A stretch of 63,975 nucleotides of DNA, the filler included, from Octopus bimaculoides (taxonomy: Eukaryota), in assembly GCF_001194135.2 (NCBI RefSeq). It is 6 parts of 6 records of this genome, joined end to end, with 100 filler letters (N's around TTAATTAATTAA, not from the genome) between each part and the next. Parts side by side here need not be neighbours in the genome. Positions count along the whole stretch, not along the records: positions 21,070 to 38,617 come from NC_068992.1; positions 38,718 to 45,646 come from NW_026320368.1; 4 more parts are not named here. One strand, written 5' to 3'. The position numbers and the translations under genes were made by a program. This document shows, in pieces, positions 28,161-40,943 of the stretch; the stretch's first letter is position 1; each line of letters opens with the position of its first letter. The notes under the pieces were generated by a model. That model ran no database searches and was not told the DNA's origin. It saw only the letters and a list, made by a program, of their open reading frames with translations.

Positions 28161-29674
28161 TGTTTAGTAGAGATTTTAACTGGAATTATGTTTCTAGCCT
28201 TTAGTCCAGAATTTCGCAAACGATCGATTAGCTTTCATTTCTTTAGCGTACTGGTTTGTTGTGAAACTGCTAGACAGAAAATGAGCAGAGACCAGTTCTT
28301 CGTACTGAGATTTATTTTCATTGGATATGCTCCCCCTAGCTGATATTACAGTTGGCCTCCAACGTGTAATCACCCATGTAGTATGTAGTTTTTTTCCGAA
28401 TACAAGCGTGAGAAGACACTTGATATCCTTCTCATAAGTAGTTACTGCAATGCTTCATATAATCCAACAATATCAAAGTATGACATTCTTTTGACAATTA
28501 ACACATTTTACAACAGTATATCTATTTCAATTTTGAAACAGTTTTTCATGTTTTTCTAGAAGAATGTTTACAATGGTGATGGTTTTTGAGCCAAGTTCCT
28601 GTTACCGTTCATACCTTTTAACAGATTAAGAAAGGAACCCTTTCCTAATAGGTCTTTTCTTATTTACATGTTATATAAGAGTTTCATGATGTGTTGAAAC
28701 TTCAATATCCTTTACGACTCAGAGAGATCATACAAAGTAAAAAAAAAAATATCTGTATCATCTGGTCTGCAAAGACATGCCTAAGACATTACCATGTTTG
28801 AATGAGTATATTCATGTGTTTCTAATAGAAAACGGGCAGATATTTTTTAAAGTTTTTATTAGTAATTAAAACTACGATAGGAAGAAAGATTGCTTCATAA
28901 TATAATCTTGAAACAAATGTGGTCTTGAATTTCTGTCCATATAAAATATTTATAAAAAAATTCTGAGGATATTTCGGATGTTGCATGGATGAGAGATGAC
29001 AGTTTAAAAGTGTTTAACAGACAGATACATATTATTTGATCTGCATATAACTACATGCCCGTAAACAGATTCTAAGATAATTTAATATGTTGGCATTTTA
29101 AGTCATTGTTAAATTTCATATTGATTCTGGCAAAATTTATTTCGAGCTGCCAAACCAATGAAGGATATGATTATCTATTCAGATAGAAATTCGTACGATT
29201 ACTGAAAAATCAGTCGAAATAGTGTCTCCGGGCACCGGGCTCTAGGCAGAAGGAGAGAAACTACAGTGATATTTCTTCAGTTAGAAGGCATAGGTAACAT
29301 ATTCAGATTTGCTTGAAATTTACATTTAAATAACGCTTTAATATATTCATCACAATTCATCAGTTATGAATTTGAAATATTCCATTACAATATCAATATT
29401 ACCTTCAAGTGAAATGTCAGCTGAAATTCTTTAACTGACTAAGTTAACATAAATTTACCTAAGCATATCAGTACAATGCGCACCTTCAGGGATGTCTTAA
29501 AAATATACTAAGGCGCAAAAGTGTTCGTTGAACAAGTGAATGGGAGCAACGGGATAAAATGATACATATAACTGCGGAAACGTGTCTAGAATGCATTTTA
29601 TCCTTTAAATACCTACATGATTATTTGGACATACGATCATATCTATATACACATATGCATATGTATATAGATAT

Positions 29675-29935
29675 GATCGTGAGGTTGTGAGTTCGAATCA
29701 CGGACCTGTCTGCATGTTGTGTTCTTGAGCAAGACATTTTATTTCACGTTGTTCCAGTTCACTCAGCTGTAGAAATGAGTTGCGACGTCACAGGTGCCAA
29801 GATGTATCGGCTTTGACCTTTCTCTTGAATAACAGTGGTGGCATAGAGATGGGAGGGCGGTATGCATGGGCGATTGCCAGTCTTCCATAAACCACCTTGC
29901 CCGGACTTGTGTCTGCAAGGGTAACTTTCTAGGTG
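29675..29935 (+). mobile_element. SINE family D with CORE-like central segment
   Basis: B-box-like GAGTTCGAATC, then GTTGTGTTCTTGAGCAAGACA...CACTCAGCTGTAGAAATGAGTTGCGACG. Fragments recur at about 23425-23510 and 24060-24190. Confidence 0.55.
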
Positions 29936-32891
29936 AGATAGATAGTTAGATAGATATACTTACACGTATACACGAATATAATTATATATGTACGAGGTCC
30001 GATAGATAGGTATCCGGACTCTTGTTATTATAACGAAGCTAAACCACGCAATGCAAAGCCGCTTGGTACAGATTGACCATGTGGTTGGGAAGCAAGCTTC
30101 TTACCTCACAGACACTCCTGCGCGTATGATAGATACATACATACACACATATATATATATATATATACATACATGTACATATATACATATATATGTATAT
30201 ATANNNNNNNNNNNNNNNNNNNNNNNNNNNNNNNNNNNNNNNNNNNNNNNNNNNNNNNNNNNNNNNNNNNNNNNNNNNNNNNNNNNNNNNNNNNNNNNNN
30301 NNNNNNNNNNNNNNNNNNNNNNNNNNNNNNNNNNNNNNNNNNNNNNNNATATATATACATGCATGTATGGGTACAAGACGTCAACAACGGTGTAAATAAC
30401 ATGAAATATGTAAACAAACGAGAGAAAGTGTTAAATACGTAAACAACGGGAAAATAGTGGAGAACAGGGCAAGTTTACACAGAGGAAGGATCCGTCATAA
30501 GTTGTCGGCTATCTATCTACCCCTCCCTCATCATCTCGGTGTGTACACCCCCTCCCATTTTCTACAGAAACATTCCCAAAAGACTTTCTTTCGTTGCTTA
30601 TATTTTCCTTGCTGTTTTGTTTCCTTACAAAGTTCCAAAACAATTATTACGTTATCAATCTAGGGAATCCTGCGAAAGATATTGTCACTGCCTTTTCCTC
30701 TAGATGTGGCAAGTAAAAATATTGACCCTTCTGCTTTATCAGTGGGAGTGGGGGCGTAGCATTTGTTGATGTTTCTAGGTCTGTATTAACTAAGTTGCTC
30801 TATGGAAATTTTCCTAAAATATATTGAAAGTTACCGGAACAAGCCCATTTAAAAGAAAAACTGGTCGCGTGGTTTGTGTAAGAAAAGCAGGGAGTTGTTA
30901 TTTCAAACATTTACAAGGTGACAAAATAATCCGTAAGCGAAGTAAAAAAAAAATGGATTAAGAGATCATATTAAGGCCTCATCAACATACACTGGCCGAC
31001 AAAATAGACGAGTCAAATCTAAACCTTCTCCATTCTAAGCCCTTAGAAATTTTCGCATCGCTTCATCCACTTTCGCCGTTGCTTACTGATACTATTGTAT
31101 CAAACTTCAGTATTAAGATAAGTTTGAAAAATAAACGGATTGCGTAATGCTGGAAAATGGGTTTCTGGAATAATTAGATTAGGATGAATCACCATTGAAT
31201 ATTTATGTAAGGAATTGTCAATGTTTTCTTTCTTACCTAATCTACCAAATGTGTTTTCTTATTCACGCTCTTCAATCATAGTGTTTGTTATTTCACATGT
31301 TGGAAATACCTGATTTAATCAATATAAACTTTGTACTAAAGAGGTTTATGCCCCAATACCACTGATATATGCTTTAATTATCACGTAATCCATTACAGTT
31401 GAACACTGTGGGTTTCACTTAATAAAATATCTTCACTCGTAGAAATTCGGAAGATATTTAGTATTAACTGATAAAACCAAATATGTTTATATGCAAATGT
31501 GAATATTTTCGATATCGTCTTAATTTTCGTTCTTTAAGTAGCCTTTTACCCTTTTATATGTGCAAAAATTACGTTCATCAGATAATTTTGTGTCCAATGA
31601 ATTAAATTAACACAATTATATTTAAACAACATTTTGGCTGATGTCGATGAATTCCTGCGGCACCTATGTCTGTTTGAAACATAACATTGTTCAATTGATT
31701 TACAAAATTAGCGTAGGTTACAGAAAGGTCGATTTTCTCTATATTATTTGGCAAATTTCATCAATTTGAAAAGATATTTAAGGTATAAGTAATTAATTTT
31801 ACACATTTACTATGCGAATTTTATTTAGAATCAGTGAAATGGTTTGTTTAGATACCGTTTACATAAATACATATAAGGACTTGTATGTATTTAGTCCCAT
31901 TTTGAAATTATGCCCACGAGGAGTTTATGACGGGGATTAAATCAATCGCTGTTAATATTAATTAAGAAATCATCAGAATTCATTCACCTCTACCTCCAAG
32001 CTGCTAAACATAGAAGCTATTTACTAAAATATAAACAATTACCTGCTTAGAAGTGTGAACTCGTTTGCATAATGTTATATCTACAATAACCACTGGAGTA
32101 CACATACAACTTGATTTATAGATAAAGAAGAACAGGTGTCTTTTCGTATTCAATTTTGCTGAACAGTTTAGGTATTCGAGCTCTCTGTCTTTTTACGTTA
32201 TCTCCAGCTTGTTTCTTATTTTTTTACTGCCCACAAGGGGCTACACACAGACGGGACTAACAAGGACAGACAAACGGATTAAGTCGATTATATCGACCCT
32301 AGTGCCTAACTTGTACTTACTTAATCGACCCCGCTAAGGATTTCACCGGGCGAAATGCTTAGCGGTATTTCGTCTGCCGTTACGTTCTGAGTTCAAATTC
32401 TGCCGAGGTCGACTTTGCCTTTCAACCTTTTAAGTACCAGTTGCGTACTGTGATCGATCTAATCGACTGGCCCCTCCCCCCAAATATCAGGCCTTGTGCC
32501 TGTAGTAGTAATGATCATAATACGGCCATGCGGCGACACCGTCCTGAAGAGTTTAGTCTAACAAATCCACCGCGGTTCATATATGTTCTTTCAAAGTCGA
32601 GTACTTATTCTATCTGTGTCTTTTCTCGGGGATGTAAGATAACTAGAACTCGTTGTCCAGCGGTGGTAGGGTTGACATATATCGACCCAAAGATACAAAC
32701 TCTCGTACACATGCGTACATACATACATACATACATAATATAACCATATTTCCCATTGTAATCTTGTTTCTTATTACCAGTCTGTACTCGCCTAACACTT
32801 CGTCTGAAGCATACGTATATTGAGTTCTGTACCAGCTTATTAGTCTTGCAATGCCTAAGTGAGATACGCGCACACACATGCGCGCTGCACT

Positions 32892-32931
<40 letters not shown>

Positions 32932-34739
32932 TGTGTGAGTGTATATATATATATATATATATATATTGTGTGTGTGTGTGTGTGTTTGTAGTTTCGTCTA
33001 TCACATTCAGTCTCAAGGCATTGGTCAGCCTGGGGATATAGTACAAGACATTTACCTAAAGTGCCGTACAGTGGGACAGAATAGAAAGTCACGTGGTTGC
33101 AAGTGATATTCGTAAACACGTAGTCAAACCTGCATAGGTATTTAACATTTCTTCAGAATTCGTCCAGTCTTCGTCCAGAGATATACCAATATGTTGTTTA
33201 CCTATCGAAATAAGATATTGTCTTGTATTCGTAGACTTCAACATTAAACAGATTCAATATATTTCTGTGGTGCTTTTCAACGGTACACGTTATAATTTAG
33301 ACGTGTTTTGAAAGTTACCATAGTGTTTGATTCATGTTTTACCATCAGCTCGTAATAGATAACAAACAAAAGCTCAGCGCAGTTTAAAATGTATGTCATA
33401 AAAGCGGAGAAACCTCATTCATACACCTTTCAGGAGACGACATAGATAAGACAATCGCGAAATGGTTACACATTATAACAAAAGGAATTATCAAGAAATG
33501 TTCTCGTCAAACTTAAAAATACATATAGAGAAAATAAAAAGTAAGCAAAGATATAAATAACATAGAAAATAAACCCATCAATTCTGAAAGAAAATTATAA
33601 TAGTTTCCTTCATATGCATTGAAATCTAAAGCAAGAAAAGACTCATGTCAACTTGTTCTTAGTTTGTCTGAACATGACAATACTTTAATGGAGTTGTCAC
33701 TTCACTTCATATTATCAATAAAATTTGATTTATGAATGCTCGTCCTATTGTAAGGGAACGAAATAAAACTGTAGAGTGCTATAATCCGGTTATTCTATGT
33801 TGGGGATTAGTCTTAGTTTCGACTTAAATTAAAATGCCAGGACATCAAATCTCGGCTTTCTGTTCGCTTAGATGAATTTATAAATATTTTTCAACACTGG
33901 TACAACGGTGTCGAGAAAATATCTTAGTAGGTTTGGTAATTATTTTTGCTATAAATTTAGCGTTCATTATAACGGTTTAAGTATTAAAGCTGTAACGTAT
34001 GTAACTTTTTAATTCCACGAATAATACTTGTGAATATTATAGTAAAATATCATGCAAATGTGCAGACATATATAGTGATACACGCCTTAAAGATTCTGCT
34101 TCTCACACTGTCCATGTCTGTCTGTCGCTATCGTACCATATATACACGCGTATGCGTTTGTGAGTGTGCGCGCGTGTGTGTGCATGCTTCTGCGTGTATG
34201 TATATATACATATCTGTGTGTGTTTGTGTGTGTCTATGTATGTATACATATAAAACACATATATACACATACCCATAAATGAACACACTCATATATCAGT
34301 ATAAATATATACAGTATGCGATGCGTATTTAAGGACACTTTGTTAGAAGTACCTTACTCTCTTGAAAACCAATTAAAAGGTTTTTATTTCTTTCAGATGC
34401 TCCCTAGCAGATGAAATGCTGTCACAAGAAATAGAAACAGTCGCTGTTGCCATATGGGCGAAGCATAGAGATTTAAAATTGCCAACTTTCTAAATGTTGC
34501 AACACCATTTTTACAGAATATTCGACTGGAAATGAAAGCTACTCTCGGGAAAGTTCCTAGTGTATCAAAAAGAAAAAAAAAAGACATTCTAAATGTTCGG
34601 ACACGGTAATAACACCGTAATTCATCCAACAGCTTCAACATACTATTCATGATGATCCCGGGGGCCGGGGAGGGAGTCATCAGCAGAGAACTTCAGTTGT
34701 CGTAGCGAACTATCAGAAGCATGGTACATGAGAATACTG

Positions 34740-35430
34740 ATATTTTTTGTATGTGCTGAGAAAAAGACCGCTCGTGTCTGCAAAAACTCAGAAAAGCCGT
34801 TTGATCAAAGATAAGCTGTTAATGAAGAAGGTTAAAATCATTACAAATATAACAAGCTTTGACTCTTCTCTGATTGGCAAGACTATAATCAATAGGAGAA
34901 ATGACAGATGCTTATGTGTTGAAGCTTCTCATATATCCAGTGTGATATACATTAAATTACCAGGAACTATCATAGTCTCAGGTGAGGAGCATGACGTAGA
35001 TCACATCACCTCACATCCTTTCACATGGTTTTACAATTAATGCTGCTGGACACTTTGAAGTTTTGGAGACAGATCTTCGAGACTAGATGCGTAAAACGCA
35101 GTGGAACGCCGTACGTGTTGCAAAAAGGTTCTGCATCTTCACACAAAGCCTACGTAGCACAAGAATGGATTTTAGATAATATTTACGTTCATGCAAAAGT
35201 AAATTTGTGACTCAAAGCCACCAGATTAATGTACCATAGACTACTAAGTTTGGAGGGTTGTTAAAAGTAAGGCTAATCAACATCCTCACTATAACATAGC
35301 TTCCCTGAAGACCACCATTGTCCAGGTGATGTGAGAAGTGAACGAGGGACATTTAATATCGGTGACTAAAAGATTCTGGTCCTACGTTGTGAAAACCATC
35401 GAAGCTGAAGGCGTGTACATGAAAACTTAT
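34740..35430 (+). mobile_element. Tc1/mariner (DD37D/maT-like) transposase remnant
   Basis: NRRNDRCL..., PYVLQK.SASSHKA..AQEW..DN, and degenerate SPD..P.DY.VW...KANQHPH..IASLK..I...M across several frames. Confidence 0.7.
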
Positions 35431-36104
35431 CGAAACATGCGTAGAAATATTTTATTACAATAGATTTAGATTTTGCAAGATTAGAGGTGGTATTACTATG
35501 GATACGGATTATTCAGTCTGTCGATATCCGGACAGGCTGATGTCATGAGCGTATTTATATATATCGCTGCTGTTATGCAAGACTGTCGTAAGTCTAGAAT
35601 GTTAGTTTTTCAGAAAACGAAAAAAATAGTTTCACCATTCCATAACAAAACCGTTGTACTACACTTTGACACTTTTTAATTTCTTGGCATCTGAAGCAGC
35701 TGGAGATACTTTGACCAAAAGAACCGGTTTCTGCAAGCAGAAATAGATATTGAAAAGAAAAAACAAAAAACAAAAAGAAAACATTTGGTCAAATTTGCAC
35801 ATGCGAAAGTTTAACATAATAACAACGATATATATTTCCAGATAGTTTAGACTCTTGTAGTTTGGAGAGAAGCTTGCGCTGATTCTGTATTGATTTTATG
35901 ATGTTCTCTTTTTCTTGTATTCTTATCTAGTACTTGACTCCGCATCTCAAAATCAATTCTAGTGGACCTGTTTTGTCTGATATCGTTTTTGCTGTAGGAC
36001 GTGAAGCTTATCGTATATCGCTGCTGTATCTATCTATATATTTTGTAGTCTAATAATCTCTTTTGATTACTGTATATTTGTGCTTCTACTTAGAGGTAAA
36101 TACA

Positions 36105-36135
<31 letters not shown>

Positions 36136-36480
36136 GTACATACATGCATACATATATACATATGATGATTGCCACTTCTTTACAGAAGAGGGCCAATTAA
36201 TAAATACTGTCATGAAATCTTATATAAGTCCTGCTCTTGGAAAACAAACACTACTGCAGATCTTACAAATATTTTAAAAGTAGAAAAGTGTCCAGGATGG
36301 TAGTTAAGCCCTGTCTACGAAGTGCTCGCTTCAAGATAGATCGTTCGGATCCTTCTGATTTGGCGGACACCATTTCTTATTTAATTCTTATTTAGTGTAT
36401 TTTCTACCGAAACACTTTAAAAGTTCGTATACTTGTATAATTTGTCTTATAGAACAGAGAACATTTTTTATATTCGAAGT

Positions 36481-37087
36481 TATTTCATGCTAAAAGTTGT
36501 CGTATTTCGGTAATTTCAACCAATCACTGACGTCTATTGATTTTGTCAACAACACGTTGTGGCGATGTAATAGGACCTTTTCCCTTGAATAAAATTACTC
36601 CCGTTGTTTGTCAACAAAAACTCTCGGCAGTACTGCTATTTATGACATCGTTCGTGCATTTGTACTGCTTTTAGCTTTAGGTTTTAGGGTTCGGTTTAGG
36701 GCTTTAGAGTTAGGGTTATGAGTATTTTTGCCAAATTTGGTGAAAACTTTGTGGCCGTCTATGGAACAGATTTTTACCAAATTTGGCAAACAAATTCATA
36801 ACTCTAACCCTAACCCTAACTCTAAAACCCCAACCCTAAACCTAACTCTAAAACCTGAACCTTAACCCTTAAAGTTAAAACTAGTACAAACGCACGAACG
36901 ATGTCACAAATACCTACCGCTGATAGTTGTTGTTGACAAACAACGGGAGTTATTTTATTCAAAGGGAAAGATCCCATTACACCGCAACAACGTGTTGATG
37001 ACAAACCACGGCAGTAATTGTTTTTACCTCAATTGACGTCAGTGATTGTTTGAAATTACCGAAATACAACAATTTTAACACGAAATA
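36481..37087. mobile_element. Foldback element with ~270-290-bp inverted arms containing degenerate TTAGGG/CCCTAA arrays
   Basis: Left arm ...GTATTTCGGTAATTTCAACCAATCACTGACGTC...TTAGGG-like...TTTGCCAAATTTGGT mirrors right arm ACCAAATTTGGCAAA...CCCTAA-like...GACGTCAGTGATTGTTTGAAATTACCGAAATAC. Spacer about 30 bp. Confidence 0.8.
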
Positions 37088-39151
37088 CACACACACACAC
37101 ACACACATACATACATACATATATNNNNNNNNNNNNNNNNNNNNNNNNNNNNNNNNNNNNNNNNNNNNNNNNNNNNNNNNNNNNNNNNNNNNNNNNNNNN
37201 NNNNNNNNNNNNNNNNNNNNNNNNNNNNNNNNNNNNNNNNNNNNNNNNNNNNNNNNNNNNNNNNNNNNNNNNNNNNNNNNNNNNNNNNNNNNTGTGTGTG
37301 TGTGTGTGTGTGTGTGTGTCCTTTTACGAAATCCCCTCCCAAGCGTTTGATCAATGGTAGGTTATAACAGAAGACACTTCTTCTAGCTACCACATATTGG
37401 AACTGAACCCCGAACCATGTCGTTGGGAAGCAGACATCTTACCGCACTGCCATAACTATATTGATGCTCATACATGCTCAACAATTGCAATCTATGTATT
37501 TGTGCGTGTGTATGTTTCTGTGCGCGCTTTACAAGGAACACTTTAACATTAAAAGGAGTGTCGTTTCCAGACTATTGTTTTACGATTCTAGTTGCTGCTG
37601 TTCGAAACCTTTTACATCGATCATCATTCAGAAACAATATTCTCACCATGACTGTGTCACTATTTTCTATTTGAATTTGACAATAACAACTTTCTTTGCA
37701 TATTCTCCGTAGTCAAATGAAAAATATGATAAATTGAAATCTGAAGTATATCGATCTCTAATTAGGTTCAGCCACTGCATTGTTATCAATAGTATGGAAA
37801 ATGTTCCTGAGGAAATAATATACAGCTGTGAAGAACACTATGACTAATGAGTTATTGTTATCATTATTGAATATGGAGATAATGGACAAGGAAATAAATA
37901 AAGAAATTATTGACGTCTCAAAGACAGATGATAGTTACAAGTTTCAATAATACTTTGTCATAGAAAAATAATTTTCTTTCGTTAATTGTCTTGCGGAAAA
38001 TATAAGAAATTAAACCCTAAAGACACAGAAATTGATTACGAATAGAATTTTTTCCATATTATTTACTTTGTTATTATTATTATTATTATTATTATTGTTG
38101 TTGTTGTTGTTGTTGTTGTTCTTCTTCTTCTTCTTCTTCTTCTTCTTTTCATTTTTGTTTTTCTGAAAGTCTACTTAATTTGAATTCAGGAATAGTGAAT
38201 TTGACACCAATACCGAACATATAAATGCATAATGGATTAGGCTGCAAAATGCTAAGTTGTACAGTTTATAGTGAATAGAATAAAAATAAAATGTTTGTTG
38301 AAATACAGATTTTGGTAATTCTATTCTTTTATTCAATCTCTACCCCCTCTCTCACTTTCTGTCCCTCTCCTCACTACACTGTCTCTGAGACAAAGACACA
38401 GAGGTACACTAACGCTCATACACATAGACATACAGAATACATCCACACACTCATTCACACACTTAGAAACAAAAACACAGAAGCACACACACACACACAG
38501 ACACATGCGTGCACGCACAAGCACAAACGTACATACACACATACATATGTATATGTGCGCATATATATGTATATATCTGTATGTATTTATATACATATAT
38601 ATATATATATATATATANNNNNNNNNNNNNNNNNNNNNNNNNNNNNNNNNNNNNNNNNNNNTTAATTAATTAANNNNNNNNNNNNNNNNNNNNNNNNNNN
38701 NNNNNNNNNNNNNNNNNATATATGTATGTATATATATGTATATACATATATGTATGTATATATATATTTATATAAGGGGCATTACAACAGAATAATGCCA
38801 CACACTGAACTTCCCAAAATAAACACATTTAGTACCGAATGCGAGGAAAACAACCAACAGAAGGAGACCAACTTTCTTTTAAATAACTCAACTATGTATC
38901 GACCGATTTCGCGATTACTAGAATGAATCTAGATTTCGCTCATCAGCATAGTATTATTCAAAAAAATATATATAAATAAACAGAATTCTCACCTCACCAA
39001 AAACGAACACTCTACGTATCTGACAAAGCAAAGGGAAGGATGTTTATCTGTATATATCTTCATCAAAGTAGCGGGAATACTTCCAGGTTGTTTTTTTGGT
39101 ACACATGTGGAGACAGGAATAAAAATTCAGCATTGAATATATTCCGTTTAT

Positions 39152-39558
39152 ATATTTGATTAATAAATTCCAAAAAGGATAAAAATCTTTTACAAGAATT
39201 TTATCAGGAAGCCAGTGTGTAAAAAAATTCATAAGGGAAATTTCTATTCCCAAGAATATAATTATTCGTTTATATTTATATAATGCCATGCACTGGACTT
39301 CCCAAAATAAACACATTTAGTACCGAACGTGAGGTAAACAACCAACAGAAGAAGACCAACTTTCTTTTAAATAACCCAACTATGTATCGACTATGGGAAG
39401 TCCAGTGTGTGGCATTATTCTGTTGTAATGCCCCTTATAAACGAATAATTATATTCTTGGGAATAGAAATTTCCCTTATGAATTCTTTTACACACTGGCT
39501 TCCTGATAAAATTCTTGTGAAAGATTTTTATCCTTTTTGGAATTTATTAATCAAATAT
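39152..39558. mobile_element. MITE/foldback element with 153- and 165-bp inverted arms and an 89-bp spacer, in TA-rich flanks
   Basis: 39152-39304 is the near reverse complement of 39394-39558. A partial second copy (inner arm and spacer) lies at about 38772-38903. Confidence 0.8.
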
Positions 39559-39559
39559 G

Positions 39560-39604
<45 letters not shown>

Positions 39605-39829
39605 ACATTCTTGGCACCTAATTTAATTAATAATAGTCACTTTGCAACCAGTTAATCATCCGTAATTGATTAATCAAACCAGCAGTCATAAATGCAATAT
39701 ATGTGTGTGCCCACAAATTTATCTGAAGCCCATGACAATGGGAGTTTTTTGCACTTATTTCAGCCTTCAAAGCACGAAGCATGTTAACATCTGTTTGTAC
39801 ATACTGTGTTAACTAAAAATATAGAGATA

Positions 39830-40170
39830 GAAGGTGCATTCCTGAAGTTTTGTAACTTTTTCATTTCAAAGAAGTACAAAACTCTAATCATCTTCAGTTC
39901 ACTTATTATTTTACTCCAGCCACTTCATAAAGACCCAAGGAAATCTTCCAAAGCGAAGGTGTCCAGGCCCCTTGTCACAGCCTTCTTCATTTCTCCTTCA
40001 GTTTGGGAAACAACCAAAAGTCTAGATTGTTGGGAGGGTGAGAATTTTGATGCTCATTTCTGTCAAGTAGTTGGTTACTAGGATGGCACATTTTCCTGGC
40101 TTTGACTGGCAAAATCTATTCTGGAAACTTCTTCAAAACCTCCCCCAAAGTACTCTTTGTTGACTATCTG
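39830..40170 (-). mobile_element. Mariner transposase C-terminal remnant
   Basis: The minus strand reads HPP..LDFWLFPKLKE.../EMKKAVTRGLDTFALEDF.../KWLE*NNK, a degenerate version of the mariner PDLAP.DFWLFPKLK...W..C tail. Confidence 0.65.
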
Positions 40171-40803
40171 GCCAGAGGAACCTAGCAGATGTAGATGATA
40201 CCCTTGCTATCAGTGTATCTTTTCTCAAGACACTGATGAAAAAGAAAAGATCAGAGATTTAGGTCAATATGTTAATTTAGATGTGTTAAGTCTCATTGTT
40301 ATGCTTATTCAAAAGGGAGAGAAACCAGCAACTCAATTAAAAACAAACAAAACAAAAAAAAGTGCACAAAGGAGTTCTGGTTCTCCAGACAACTGATAAA
40401 GCTAAAAAGGGGATCATTATGAGCTTCCCAGTGAACTTGCCTTGCCTGGCAAAAACAGATGTTTGGCTCATACAAGTTAATCCATAAGCAATCTAGAGCA
40501 CTAAGTTTCTGCAGTTTAATCATAGCATGCTTCCAAACTAGACAAGCAGTGTTTGGTAGACTCTGTTCAAAGTGCTGCTACAGCCATCTTCTTCAATCTG
40601 GAATAACAAATTGACCAATTAGCTTATTAAATGTATAGTAATGATATACTAAAATTACAATAATCTAAGTCTGTTAGGACTTGCTCTCCTAAAAACAAAA
40701 GACTAAACTTCTGGAATGCACTTCATGTATTTTGTGAAAATAAAAACATTGTTAATACACCAGTAATTTATTAATTTCAGTTATATTTTATTTATTTTTT
40801 TAG

Positions 40804-40943
40804 GAGAATTTGATGACTTGATATCAGCTCTTAGGACTGGAGATGTATTTGGTGAAGACATGGCTAAAATGAAGCGAATCCGGCGACGTGCTACTGCACA
40901 AACTGACACTTCCCGGGAACGAATTAGAAATATCCAGTCTTAA
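40804..40943 (+). CDS. DAAM: DAAM formin, terminal coding exon (DAD autoinhibitory domain and C-terminus)
   Basis: T-rich tract + TAG acceptor (40801-40803), phase 1. Translation (G)EFDDLISALRTGDVFGEDMAKMKRIRRRATAQTDTSRERIRNIQS* matches the DAAM-family C-terminus GEFDDLVSALRSGEVF...LKRNRKR...SSRER. Not in the ORF track because it has no ATG. No upstream DAAM exon was found in this contig. Confidence 0.92.

Noticed and set aside
27780-28420. Possible decayed Penelope RT/endonuclease sequence on the minus strand (CKSNIIQRCI, HNKPV fragments)
   Set aside because: Only short motif-like fragments in different frames, too weak to support without a search.
31233-31312. Minus-strand segment with a good GTAAG donor and CAG acceptor
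   Set aside because: All three frames contain stops. It could only be a non-coding exon and there is no evidence for that.
34397-34590. Strong plus-strand acceptor (TTTCTTTCAG) followed by protein-like text
   Set aside because: The frames close within about 30 codons, no donor is found and no motif is recognisable.
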